DNA of 64,000 nucleotides from a virus (Duplodnaviria; Caudoviricetes): IMG/VR virus record IMGVR_UViG_3300042288_001626; one strand, 5' to 3'. Shown piece by piece: positions 36,292 to 45,026 of this stretch (position 1 is its first letter; each line of letters starts with the position of its first letter). The notes under the pieces were generated by a model. It saw only the letters and a program-made list of their open reading frames with translations, ran no database searches and was not told where the DNA came from. The position numbers and the translations under genes were made by a program.

Positions 36292-36320
36292 ATTATACCA
36301 CAAAAAAGCTAAAAAAGCGA
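36292..36320 (-). promoter_or_regulatory. Extended -10 sigma70-type promoter
   Basis: TCGCTT-N17-TATAAT with TG at -15/-14. Confidence 0.75.
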
Positions 36321-37004
36321 CTATGCGTGCTGATCGAGAGATGGGGTGCTAGCAGGTCTTCCTATTGTGTCAGGAGTATTAGGCCACACTCCCACGACTC
36401 CTTGTCTGAGCGTAGTATTGGTAACACTCTCAGCATTTGTTGAAAAGTTGCTAAATTCTATATTAAATGCAGTACGTACCAAAACGTATTTACGATCGTA
36501 TCTCCCTTTTCCTCGCCCTATTTGTTCTTGTAGAAGCACATCCAGGTAATATGAGCCTGCCAAAAAAGTAGAAGTTATTGTCGAAGGGATCCAGAGCTCA
36601 AAGTAACCCTCGTTGTTAGGGATAGGATACACTCCATTATCTATAGAGCCTGTCCAAACTGCGCTGGATGCTCTTGGCGAAGTTTTAACAGAAACCAAAA
36701 CATCATAGTCTGCAGCCTTCACATAATCGCCTTCGTAGTACAGAAACAAATCATAGACAATATCCTCTCCCTGATAGAAGGTGTCTGGATTAGGAATACC
36801 TCGCTCAAACGGAACTCCAGGTATGCCGTCTATTGTGAGAGAAGGAATATTAATCGAGTTGGACTGAGGATTCCTGGCGCGAATGCGGGACGTCTGTAGA
36901 GTTTCTTGTGCGTCAATAGCGATTTTGTAGACAATCCTGCTATCTCCTGAAGAAGCTGGCGTATAGAATTGAGATGGTCCTTTTTCTTCCATAATTAAAC
37001 ACAA
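36321..37004 (-). CDS. Putative virion structural protein (beta-rich)
   Basis: 227 aa at the end of the tail-gene string. Confidence 0.6.
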   Translation of the reverse strand: MCLIMEEKGPSQFYTPASSGDSRIVYKIAIDAQETLQTSRIRARNPQSNSINIPSLTIDGIPGVPFERGIPNPDTFYQGEDIVYDLFLYYEGDYVKAADYDVLVSVKTSPRASSAVWTGSIDNGVYPIPNNEGYFELWIPSTITSTFLAGSYYLDVLLQEQIGRGKGRYDRKYVLVRTAFNIEFSNFSTNAESVTNTTLRQGVVGVWPNTPDTIGRPASTPSLDQHA

Positions 37005-37318
37005 ATTAGCTCTAGTTTATTCTCAGCACTGTTTCTCTTATAGTAACACAGTTTATCTAAAGCTAAAATGTTTTTAATTGCTGTGAAATCGTCATTATTC
37101 AGAGACGATAAAATGGACTCCGTCACCTGCTTGCTGCCTGCCGGTGTTGTAACGTTCATAGAGCAGTTACAAGACTTGTTCGGAGTACTAGCTTCCTCCA
37201 AAGTAAGCAGAGGAGCGAGTTTTGGAAGAGTTGATGCGATCTGAGGATTACCTTTAACCAAAGATAACACCTGATTGACGCTGGACAGTATCAAATTTTT
37301 TTCTGAAGGATTACTCAT
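36995..37318 (-). CDS. Hypothetical protein with a CxC motif
   Basis: 107 aa in the tail string. Confidence 0.65.
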   Translation of the reverse strand: MSNPSEKNLILSSVNQVLSLVKGNPQIASTLPKLAPLLTLEEASTPNKSCNCSMNVTTPAGSKQVTESILSSLNNDDFTAIKNILALDKLCYYKRNSAENKLELICV

Positions 37319-37322
37319 AAGA

Positions 37323-38192
37323 TTATAGTAATGTTGGAGTTATATTGAGAGGAGCACAAAGATCATTAGCTTGGAATGAGAATCCTACGAATATTGTGTT
37401 ATTGTTAGATGTCTCGTTAAAAGCATCTTGAAATTGTGTGGAAACAGATGTTCCTGAAGTTATAACAATATCTGTACCCGCCACAAGCCTAAAGTTGCCC
37501 GCAACATCTGGAGGTACCCCATTGATGGTTGAAACTACCGTATCGCAGTCGCATTGCGCAGGATCAAGGAAGTTGGTATTGCATCCCATTTTCATGCCGT
37601 AGTTTGTTCCTACAGCTAAGTCTATAACACCTTTAGCTGCATTAACTCTAAAGTTGTAGCCTTCCTGAAGAACTACGTCTCCCTGAGTATAAGATAGCGT
37701 TGTAGCATTCTGTAGAGGCAGTTTTGGAGAGTTTCCAGACGGTTCTGTTATTTTTTCAGGAGAAATATTGAAGCCATCTACTCCAAGCCACATAGCGTCA
37801 AGCTGGAAACATACAGAAGGTTCGACAGGCATTAGATAATCCTTGGTCTTTATTGTGCTTGTGTTGTTTATATAGTCTATGACTCCAGAGCCAAAAACAG
37901 CCAGATTGCCGTCCGGATTTCGCAAATATAATGGATATATCTTTTCTCCTCCAGGAATTAGAAAAGATGCTATCTGCTTGGTCTGCGTACCGAAGCTTAC
38001 AGCAACTTCTCCTGAAGGATAGCTAACAACACGAGTCAGGTATACGACTGAAGAGCCGATGTCGATATCTTGTGTGTTTAGCTGCAAATCTAATATGAAG
38101 CTGTCTTTAAACTCTTCTGGTCTAGAGGATGTATTAACCAAAGGGTAGGCCCGCAGCTCGTTAGCATTTAACCAGTCAATTACTTGTTTCAT
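37323..38192 (-). CDS. Tail/baseplate paralog 5 (NxxxxYP family)
   Basis: WLNANELRAYPL; TINGVPPDVAGNFRL; Cys pairs. Confidence 0.6.
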   Translation of the reverse strand: MKQVIDWLNANELRAYPLVNTSSRPEEFKDSFILDLQLNTQDIDIGSSVVYLTRVVSYPSGEVAVSFGTQTKQIASFLIPGGEKIYPLYLRNPDGNLAVFGSGVIDYINNTSTIKTKDYLMPVEPSVCFQLDAMWLGVDGFNISPEKITEPSGNSPKLPLQNATTLSYTQGDVVLQEGYNFRVNAAKGVIDLAVGTNYGMKMGCNTNFLDPAQCDCDTVVSTINGVPPDVAGNFRLVAGTDIVITSGTSVSTQFQDAFNETSNNNTIFVGFSFQANDLCAPLNITPTLL

Positions 38193-38923
38193 TAGTTATT
38201 CAAGTTAGGTAATTTAAAAGCTCCGCTAGGACTGCCTGCAACTAGATCAATAGTGAGTGAGGCTGCATTGAAAGAGTTAAATTTAATGACGTCGTTAGAA
38301 ATAATATTTATGTTATTATTTAGAGGTTTGACCAGGTTTATCATTTTTAATCCAGGAGAAGAAACAGACTCAACCACGTGACCTGCTACAGCGTTGAACA
38401 CCAGGCTTCGTGAGGCAGGTACAGAATTATAGAATATGGAAGAATCTTCCTGTGTGCTCCCTAGGTCGACGGCTCCGTAACAACCATCAAAAGTATATAC
38501 TCCTCCAGACGAAGGTATGCTTCTTACTGTCTCAGGGGTGAACGGCACATCAAAAACAATCTTCCTGCCCACATAAGCACTCCAAAGTCTAGGTAATCCT
38601 GAGCCAAACGTAAGTGTTCCTAGAAACCTATAGTGTATGTTTGTTGGGTTATAGGGATCTACTTGATAGACTCTAACAAAATTTAAAATTTCGCTGTAGT
38701 TGCTCTTTAAGAAAGTTATATTGTCTATCAATCCAGAGTCAAACAAGACAGAAACAGTTATCTTGTCGGCGTCAACTAATATAGTTTTAAGGACAGGAAC
38801 AAAGTTATCAAACTGAATAAAACTGGCGTCGGAAATCACATTAGCTACCTCAAGACCTTGACGTAAAGGATATCCTGATAGCTCATTCTCATTCTGGTAG
38901 TTTAAAGCGTCGTTAATTGCCAT
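38192..38923 (-). CDS. Tail/baseplate paralog 4
   Basis: YQNENELSGYPL; MINLVKPLNNNINI. Confidence 0.6.
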   Translation of the reverse strand: MAINDALNYQNENELSGYPLRQGLEVANVISDASFIQFDNFVPVLKTILVDADKITVSVLFDSGLIDNITFLKSNYSEILNFVRVYQVDPYNPTNIHYRFLGTLTFGSGLPRLWSAYVGRKIVFDVPFTPETVRSIPSSGGVYTFDGCYGAVDLGSTQEDSSIFYNSVPASRSLVFNAVAGHVVESVSSPGLKMINLVKPLNNNINIISNDVIKFNSFNAASLTIDLVAGSPSGAFKLPNLNN

Positions 38924-38924
38924 A

Positions 38925-40250
38925 TTACGATATTCTTAAAGGAGCTGTTGCGGCTCCAACTTCACCAGATGTGTTAACTGCTCTTAAAGTAAAATTAACT
39001 GGACTGACCGCAGACACAATCAGAGGAGAGTCTGTCAGTCGAGGATTGTCTGAGTCGACAGTTCTGGTAATGTAAGTGGTTCCTCCATCTAGAGAGTATT
39101 GATAGTTTGCTATTGCAGAGTTTCCTCCTGTTGTTGGTGCTTTGAATACGACCGTGAGTTTGCCTGAGGCTATAGAAGCCTGCAAGATATCCGGAACTGA
39201 GGGAGCAATCAAAGGCCAATACGCATAGTACTCTTCTTTAACAAACTGAGGCCAATAGTAATACTCAGGCCTTGAGGTGGAGTTAAAATTACTTGCCCTG
39301 CGTGACGGTATGATGGACGGATATCCTTCTTCCACATGCTTCGTCAGCGCAGGCTTACTGTAGTATTTGTCGCGATATTCTGGTGTGTCTAGTGTGAAGC
39401 CTCCTATGTTTACTGGAGGTAATAACACCGTTTTTTGAGCACACAAAGAACTCAATGTAACTCCAGTAGTTTCGACAGATAATACTCCTGGGGTATACGG
39501 AGGAGAGTTTAACGAAGCAGTACCGTAAAAAAGTAGCGGCTTTACACCTACAATGTAGATGTTACCGTCGTTCGCTGCTTTTGCGTCCTTATTTTCTGGC
39601 GACGGAAGTACGCCATTTATATTTTTAATTGCAGGCTTGTCGCAATTTCCCAAAGCAGACGACTTGTCTGCAGGATTAAAGACACTAGCTGGAGTCTGTA
39701 CCGCCAACTGTACGCCTCCGGCAGCGTAGTTGGTTGTCTTTACCACATTCGTAAGAGTGCCAAAATTTACGTGTCCTGTTATTTTGTTTTTTTGATTGTC
39801 TTGTATACTAGTTACTTTAGGTCTCGTATAGCAAAAAATAGTAGACTCTTCTAGTTCAGTATTTTCTTTAGTAAAAAAGATAATTCTACTTAACGCTTTT
39901 AAGGTAGATATAGACCCTAAAGTTATTGTGCCTGAAACGTAAGGCAAAAACGGAGTGAGGGGTAGTGTGATAAAATCATCAGTAAGCTCTCCTGAAAAAA
40001 CCCCAATAGCCACATCATTATCCTCCGCAACACTAGAAATAGTGGCGAGAGTAATTTTGATTATTCCGTTTTTATTAAATATTTGCTTAATATAAAGCCT
40101 GTGTTTTCCAAAAATGGTGGTGACTCTGCAATTGACTATGGCAGCATCAGAAACAATAAAACCGTCAGTAGACTGAAACAGACCTCCCTGTTTGATGGGG
40201 TATCTTCTATACTGGTTTTGATTGTTTTTTGTGAGTGTCCCTATTGACAT
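38925..40250 (-). CDS. Tail/baseplate paralog 3 with a C-terminal FN3-like domain
   Basis: NNQNQYRRYPI; NINGVLP; PSVP...VVFKAPTTGGNSAIANYQYSLDGG. Confidence 0.65.
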   Translation of the reverse strand: MSIGTLTKNNQNQYRRYPIKQGGLFQSTDGFIVSDAAIVNCRVTTIFGKHRLYIKQIFNKNGIIKITLATISSVAEDNDVAIGVFSGELTDDFITLPLTPFLPYVSGTITLGSISTLKALSRIIFFTKENTELEESTIFCYTRPKVTSIQDNQKNKITGHVNFGTLTNVVKTTNYAAGGVQLAVQTPASVFNPADKSSALGNCDKPAIKNINGVLPSPENKDAKAANDGNIYIVGVKPLLFYGTASLNSPPYTPGVLSVETTGVTLSSLCAQKTVLLPPVNIGGFTLDTPEYRDKYYSKPALTKHVEEGYPSIIPSRRASNFNSTSRPEYYYWPQFVKEEYYAYWPLIAPSVPDILQASIASGKLTVVFKAPTTGGNSAIANYQYSLDGGTTYITRTVDSDNPRLTDSPLIVSAVSPVNFTLRAVNTSGEVGAATAPLRIS

Positions 40251-40251
40251 A

Positions 40252-43200
40252 TTACGTACTTGTGAAATTTATTCCAGTTACGTTTGTATTTGATACAGTG
40301 ACTGTCAAGTAAGCTGGAGTTATGGTTTTACCTGCAAAAGACGGTGTTATATTGTAAGTTCCTGTCGGAACAGCCGGTAATGTATATGTTCCGTTAGCTG
40401 CAGTGGTGGTGGATTTTCCTGTGTATGCAAAAATAGCCACTCCAGGAACACCAGTTCCTTGAGCGTCCACAACTCTCCCCGAAATACTATAGGCTGTGAC
40501 AGCAGGATTCACCACTATACCTACTGTTCTAGTATGGCTTCCGTAATTGGTTGTACTTGCGGTTATGGTCACAGCATATGTTCCAGCTACTGTAGGTGTA
40601 CCTTGAATGGTTGTGCTCCCTGTTAGGCCTGTAGGCAGTCCTGTTACAGTGACCGTTGCTGCTCCCGCCCCAGCAAGTAGACCTGAGGTAGTCACAGAAA
40701 ATATGTTTGGGTAGTTTACACCTGTAGTTAGAGTATATGAGCTGTTATTTGCAGGTCCGGTGATGGCTATAGGAACAATCAGCGTGTAAGCTACGGCTGT
40801 AGACGTGCCCGAGGCATTTGTTGCTGTAAATGATACTTGATAAGGACCTGCCGCAACATTATCAGCCACAGAGCCTGTCAACACCCCTGTACTCTGGTTA
40901 AACACCAAGCCTACAGGCAGAGTACCTATACAAGCGTAACTGGTAGGAGCTCCAGAAGACTCAACCTTTATGAGGGGGGTTGTTGTAGAGTAGGTTTGAT
41001 TTTTAACTATCTGCTTAGATCCTCCTGAAATGAGATTATTTATTACAGGAGCAACAGACCTACTAAAAACTATCGATATGTCTCTATATACTGACCCTGC
41101 TGCATTTGTTGCAGCAACTCGCAGAGCATACGACACTGATGTTATTGATTGGTTGGTTGGAACAAGAGAAGGATCTAGCAGACCATAGAATTTACCTGAG
41201 CTAGAGTCTAGAGTAAAACCTAGAGGAATATTGTTTGATGTGCAGCTGTATGTGTTTTGTAAAGATCCTACAACATTGGCAGCCACAACAAATAACGGTG
41301 AGTTGACTGTTGTTGTTGTGGTAAAACCGGTGGTTATTATTGCTCCTGCAGCTGGGGAAGTTAACGTAGGAGCATTAAAGGTTGTGTAGTTTATAGTAAA
41401 AGGCTCAGGAAACTCTGAACGTCCTGCAGGGTTGTTTGCGTAAACTTCGCAAGAGACATATCCTGCAGCAGTAGCTGTAATTTTTCCGGTTATTTTCCCT
41501 GTAGTAGAGTTAAATGTTAAACCTGGAGGAAAGACTCCAGCTTTTACAACTAGGGTATAACCAAAAATAGGAATGTCTGGCGATGTACAAGCAATTAAAG
41601 GAGCGTCATTAGTGTAAGTAGTTATATTGTTTGCAGTCACTGGAGAGGGCTTCGATAGTGTAACTACCGGCCTCGAAGTTTGCTGCACAAGAACATATAT
41701 ATCTTGAGGATTTGTTGCCTGTCCTGCAGGGTTTTCTGCAGTTAGCACAAACCGATACAGTGTACCTACAGCCACAGATGGAGCTAGCGTACCAGTCAGT
41801 TTGCCTGTAGCTCTGTCGAAAGAGAGGCCTGCAGGCAATGTGTTGTCTTGAGCGCCAAAAAGTTTTAAAGAGTATTTGAAACTAGCATTATCTTCTAGAG
41901 AAAAGTCCGCAGACAACTTTGACATATTTGTGGCATTAGCTTGAAATATAGGCAAGGTAGCGGTATAGACTCCTGTTTTAGTTATCTGTAAAGGATTGTT
42001 GCTGGTGTAGGTAGCGCTTAAGGGAGCTGTTATTTCAGGTAATGCCACGTAGTCTATAATGAACTGATATATAGATCCAGGTACGGCTCCGTCAGTAGAC
42101 TTATAGTATAAACTATATCTCTGATTTACTTTACTTGTCGGTATTTGTGAGGAGGATAGCGTTAAGGTATATGTACTGGGGTTGTATAAAGAATTAACGT
42201 TAAACCAATCTGGAACACTCCCATTCAGGGTATACTGGGTTGTTCCTGTAGATAATGTAATCTGTGCTGTAGGAGTTGATACGCTTTGAGCATAAGGAAA
42301 AGCTCTTCCTTGATAGGCTCTAAATAGCTTTGAATCTCCTGTAGGGTCGGGACAGCTAACACCATTCACTCCAGGTAAAACATACGGCACTCCTATAGGC
42401 TTATGAGGTACCGTCGTAATGTCATCAACACTTATAGTAAAAGTCTGCCCGGCAGTACCACACTCGATATAGTATACGGCCTCTATAAATGCGTATTGAT
42501 TACAGCCTATATTAACTTCGGGCACAGTGGCCTGAGTTATGCCTGAAGCTGTTCTAATTTTAAACACCCCTTGTTGTATAAAATTACCACTAGCGAATAT
42601 CGACTTAACCTTAACTAGACTTTTTGAAGGATTATAGACCGCAACAACTACTGCAAGAAATGTGACATATTTACCTCCTGAGGCATAGCCTTCTGTTGTT
42701 GTGTATTTGACTTGAAAGTACGGAGTAAGAAAACCTGAAGAGAGCAGATTGTAGTCTGCTACTGCGACATTAATATTACTTACAGCACCATTGTCTAAAA
42801 CACAAAACCACACTCCATCTCCTGTGGCTGCAGGAGCAGAATCTAGCAGTACAGAAGTGTCTGATATATACGAAACAATCATATGCGTTCTGATAGTTCC
42901 GTTGGGGTACGCTAACTGGATGTGTCTGCCTTCGTGATAATTTTGTATAAATTTTTCTCCACACTGAACGTAGTTAAGGTCTGTTGGGTTGTCAGAACCT
43001 CTGTAAAAAGGATTACCTTGCAGACAAAAAGATTTAGCTGTAAATACCAAACCTGTAGCGGTTCCTTTGCCTCTCGTTTCTGTGTTTTGTGCAGCTATCT
43101 TGTTTAATTCTATAACGCCGTCGCTTACTCGATTTAAGTAGTGTGCAAAAGCAGCCAAATTTTCTGGAGCACACCTAGGGGTGCAGAAGTTTTCAATAAC

Positions 43201-44106
43201 CAGTGTACTGCCTGGAGAGGTAGCGTTAAAATTTTTTGTTCCTGTGTTTGTCTGTACCGTAAACGCTTTATATGGCGTTAACGGATTGTTGGAGGGAGAA
43301 AGGGAGTTATACAGAACAGACGTATTGTCAGTCAAAACATCAGCAGTATAGCATCCTGAGACATTAAAATACATGCTGCCAGAGTTGTCTGGCTTTACAT
43401 TGTTGATAGTATACAAATCAGAAAATCCTTCCGCAGGTACAGAGCAAGGGTCGTATAGTCCTGCTCCTGCTCCTCTAATAACCCACAATTCTCCTTGTGT
43501 GGTTGTGTCTGTTCTAAACACAATGTTAGACTTTGGACGTATTCTGGCAGTAGGAGAAAAGTCTGTTGGTGAGTTGTAATAGAACCTTCTTACTGGAGCT
43601 GCGAACTGCCTTATTTTTCCTGCTGGGTCGACATCGGAGGTGTACGAAGCTACAACGATAGAATTTATCTTCGGAGATTTTAGAACTACCGCAGGCGAAG
43701 CTAGTGTGGTTTCTTCCGGTGTATAGTTTTGAGAAAATCCGGAAGGAATAGTAACAATACCTGCACCGAAAACAAACTTTACAGAAAATGAAGAGTAGCT
43801 GAACCCTACAAAGCTAGACGTTAGATTGGCTCTGTGGTCCTGTAAAGCGGCAGAGACTATTGTAACACTAGGAGAAATGGGCGTACCTGTCTCCAGATTA
43901 GAGAAAGTTAACACCAAGTCTCCTGTCTGTGTCTTAGCTATATTGCTAATGTATACACTTCTTATTGAGTCCGCATAAGACACAAATAGAATATCATAAA
44001 ACCAATTCTGCTGAACAGGATTGACACTTGATGTGGTTGTAGCTCCTCGCGCCTTAAACGGATACGCGGTCAGGCTATTTGCGGTTAGATACTCCAGAGC
44101 TGCCAT
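40252..44106 (-). CDS. Tail fibre/receptor-binding protein, paralog 2, with He_PIG-like Ig repeats and a C-terminal carboxypeptidase-regulatory-like domain
   Basis: YLTANSLTAYPF; INNVKPDNSG; repeats LPAGLSFDRATGKLTG, FPPGLTFNSTTGKITG, LPVGLVFNQSTGVLTG; YSISGRVVDAQG. Confidence 0.75.
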   Translation of the reverse strand: MAALEYLTANSLTAYPFKARGATTTSSVNPVQQNWFYDILFVSYADSIRSVYISNIAKTQTGDLVLTFSNLETGTPISPSVTIVSAALQDHRANLTSSFVGFSYSSFSVKFVFGAGIVTIPSGFSQNYTPEETTLASPAVVLKSPKINSIVVASYTSDVDPAGKIRQFAAPVRRFYYNSPTDFSPTARIRPKSNIVFRTDTTTQGELWVIRGAGAGLYDPCSVPAEGFSDLYTINNVKPDNSGSMYFNVSGCYTADVLTDNTSVLYNSLSPSNNPLTPYKAFTVQTNTGTKNFNATSPGSTLVIENFCTPRCAPENLAAFAHYLNRVSDGVIELNKIAAQNTETRGKGTATGLVFTAKSFCLQGNPFYRGSDNPTDLNYVQCGEKFIQNYHEGRHIQLAYPNGTIRTHMIVSYISDTSVLLDSAPAATGDGVWFCVLDNGAVSNINVAVADYNLLSSGFLTPYFQVKYTTTEGYASGGKYVTFLAVVVAVYNPSKSLVKVKSIFASGNFIQQGVFKIRTASGITQATVPEVNIGCNQYAFIEAVYYIECGTAGQTFTISVDDITTVPHKPIGVPYVLPGVNGVSCPDPTGDSKLFRAYQGRAFPYAQSVSTPTAQITLSTGTTQYTLNGSVPDWFNVNSLYNPSTYTLTLSSSQIPTSKVNQRYSLYYKSTDGAVPGSIYQFIIDYVALPEITAPLSATYTSNNPLQITKTGVYTATLPIFQANATNMSKLSADFSLEDNASFKYSLKLFGAQDNTLPAGLSFDRATGKLTGTLAPSVAVGTLYRFVLTAENPAGQATNPQDIYVLVQQTSRPVVTLSKPSPVTANNITTYTNDAPLIACTSPDIPIFGYTLVVKAGVFPPGLTFNSTTGKITGKITATAAGYVSCEVYANNPAGRSEFPEPFTINYTTFNAPTLTSPAAGAIITTGFTTTTTVNSPLFVVAANVVGSLQNTYSCTSNNIPLGFTLDSSSGKFYGLLDPSLVPTNQSITSVSYALRVAATNAAGSVYRDISIVFSRSVAPVINNLISGGSKQIVKNQTYSTTTPLIKVESSGAPTSYACIGTLPVGLVFNQSTGVLTGSVADNVAAGPYQVSFTATNASGTSTAVAYTLIVPIAITGPANNSSYTLTTGVNYPNIFSVTTSGLLAGAGAATVTVTGLPTGLTGSTTIQGTPTVAGTYAVTITASTTNYGSHTRTVGIVVNPAVTAYSISGRVVDAQGTGVPGVAIFAYTGKSTTTAANGTYTLPAVPTGTYNITPSFAGKTITPAYLTVTVSNTNVTGINFTST

Positions 44107-44114
44107 ATAGGTTT

Positions 44115-44143
44115 ATTTTAGCAGCTTGAGCTAGCATGAGCAA
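44115..44143 (-). promoter_or_regulatory. Extended -10 sigma70-type promoter of the long fibre gene
   Basis: TTGCTC-N17-TAAAAT with TG at -15/-14, 8 nt before ATG 44106. Confidence 0.6.
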
Positions 44144-45021
44144 TTAGAGTTTATGGTAGACAGATACGTAGTTAGCTGCGAATTAACTCCATTGTATCCA
44201 CTCTTTAAATCTAAATATTTGTTTTCAAGCGAAGTTAGTCTGCCTGTAAGTTCTTCAAGATCGCTGCAGCCTGAGCATGGCGTACAACATGTATCATCTA
44301 GGTTTAAAGTATACTGAGAGGAGTTCGACAGCTTAACACAGTCTTTACCTATTAAATTGATGTTTCCGTTTGTTTTGTCTGGAGCGACACCATTTATAGT
44401 TTTTATACATGTGTTTACTGAGCACTGCTTGCTTAAGCCTAAATTGTCTCCAGCATCTAAAAACACCTCGTTAGCGGTTGAACTAAAGGAGAACTGCATA
44501 TTGCTTCTAGCAGTAAGAATTACATCTCCAGAAAGCGCACGTACACCATTTAGTTCGTCAACAAACTCAATTCTATCAATCCCTCTAAGTCCTGGAATTA
44601 TAGTTCTAGGCTCAAACTCAGTAGCTGTACTTAAAAAGACGAATTCTCCTGCAGGTTGGTAGATAAGATCGTTTAAAGTACCTATAGTCATCTTACCGTT
44701 GGCTGCGACATAGCTACTGGTCGCAGTCATATAGTAATCTTTGTTTGTGGTATGAGACGATTTATTTACGCTAAACGTACCGACAATGACATTATTAGCA
44801 GTGTCGCTAATTTCTATGACTACAGACGAGAGGGCATTAAATACTTTAGAGACATAGAACTTTCGGGAAACATCGCTAGATGCTGTGAGAGAAAAGTCCA
44901 CAATCAAAGTATCAGGAATAGCGAACAGACTATCTGCACTTATCGCGCTCAAGCCTTCTCGGATAGGATACTTCCTCAATCCGTTCATAGATTCCCAATC
45001 AAGACTGTCGATCCAAGGCAT
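44131..45021 (-). CDS. Tail/baseplate paralog 1 with a Cys cluster and coiled coil
   Basis: WESMNGLRKYPI; TINGVAPDKTNGNINL; CCTPCSGC...LEELTGRLTSLE. Confidence 0.65.
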   Translation of the reverse strand: MPWIDSLDWESMNGLRKYPIREGLSAISADSLFAIPDTLIVDFSLTASSDVSRKFYVSKVFNALSSVVIEISDTANNVIVGTFSVNKSSHTTNKDYYMTATSSYVAANGKMTIGTLNDLIYQPAGEFVFLSTATEFEPRTIIPGLRGIDRIEFVDELNGVRALSGDVILTARSNMQFSFSSTANEVFLDAGDNLGLSKQCSVNTCIKTINGVAPDKTNGNINLIGKDCVKLSNSSQYTLNLDDTCCTPCSGCSDLEELTGRLTSLENKYLDLKSGYNGVNSQLTTYLSTINSNCSC

Positions 45022-45026
45022 AGTGA

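Noticed and set aside
40252-44106. Diversity-generating retroelement acting on the tail fibre
   Set aside because: No reverse transcriptase and no template/variable repeat pair seen in the window
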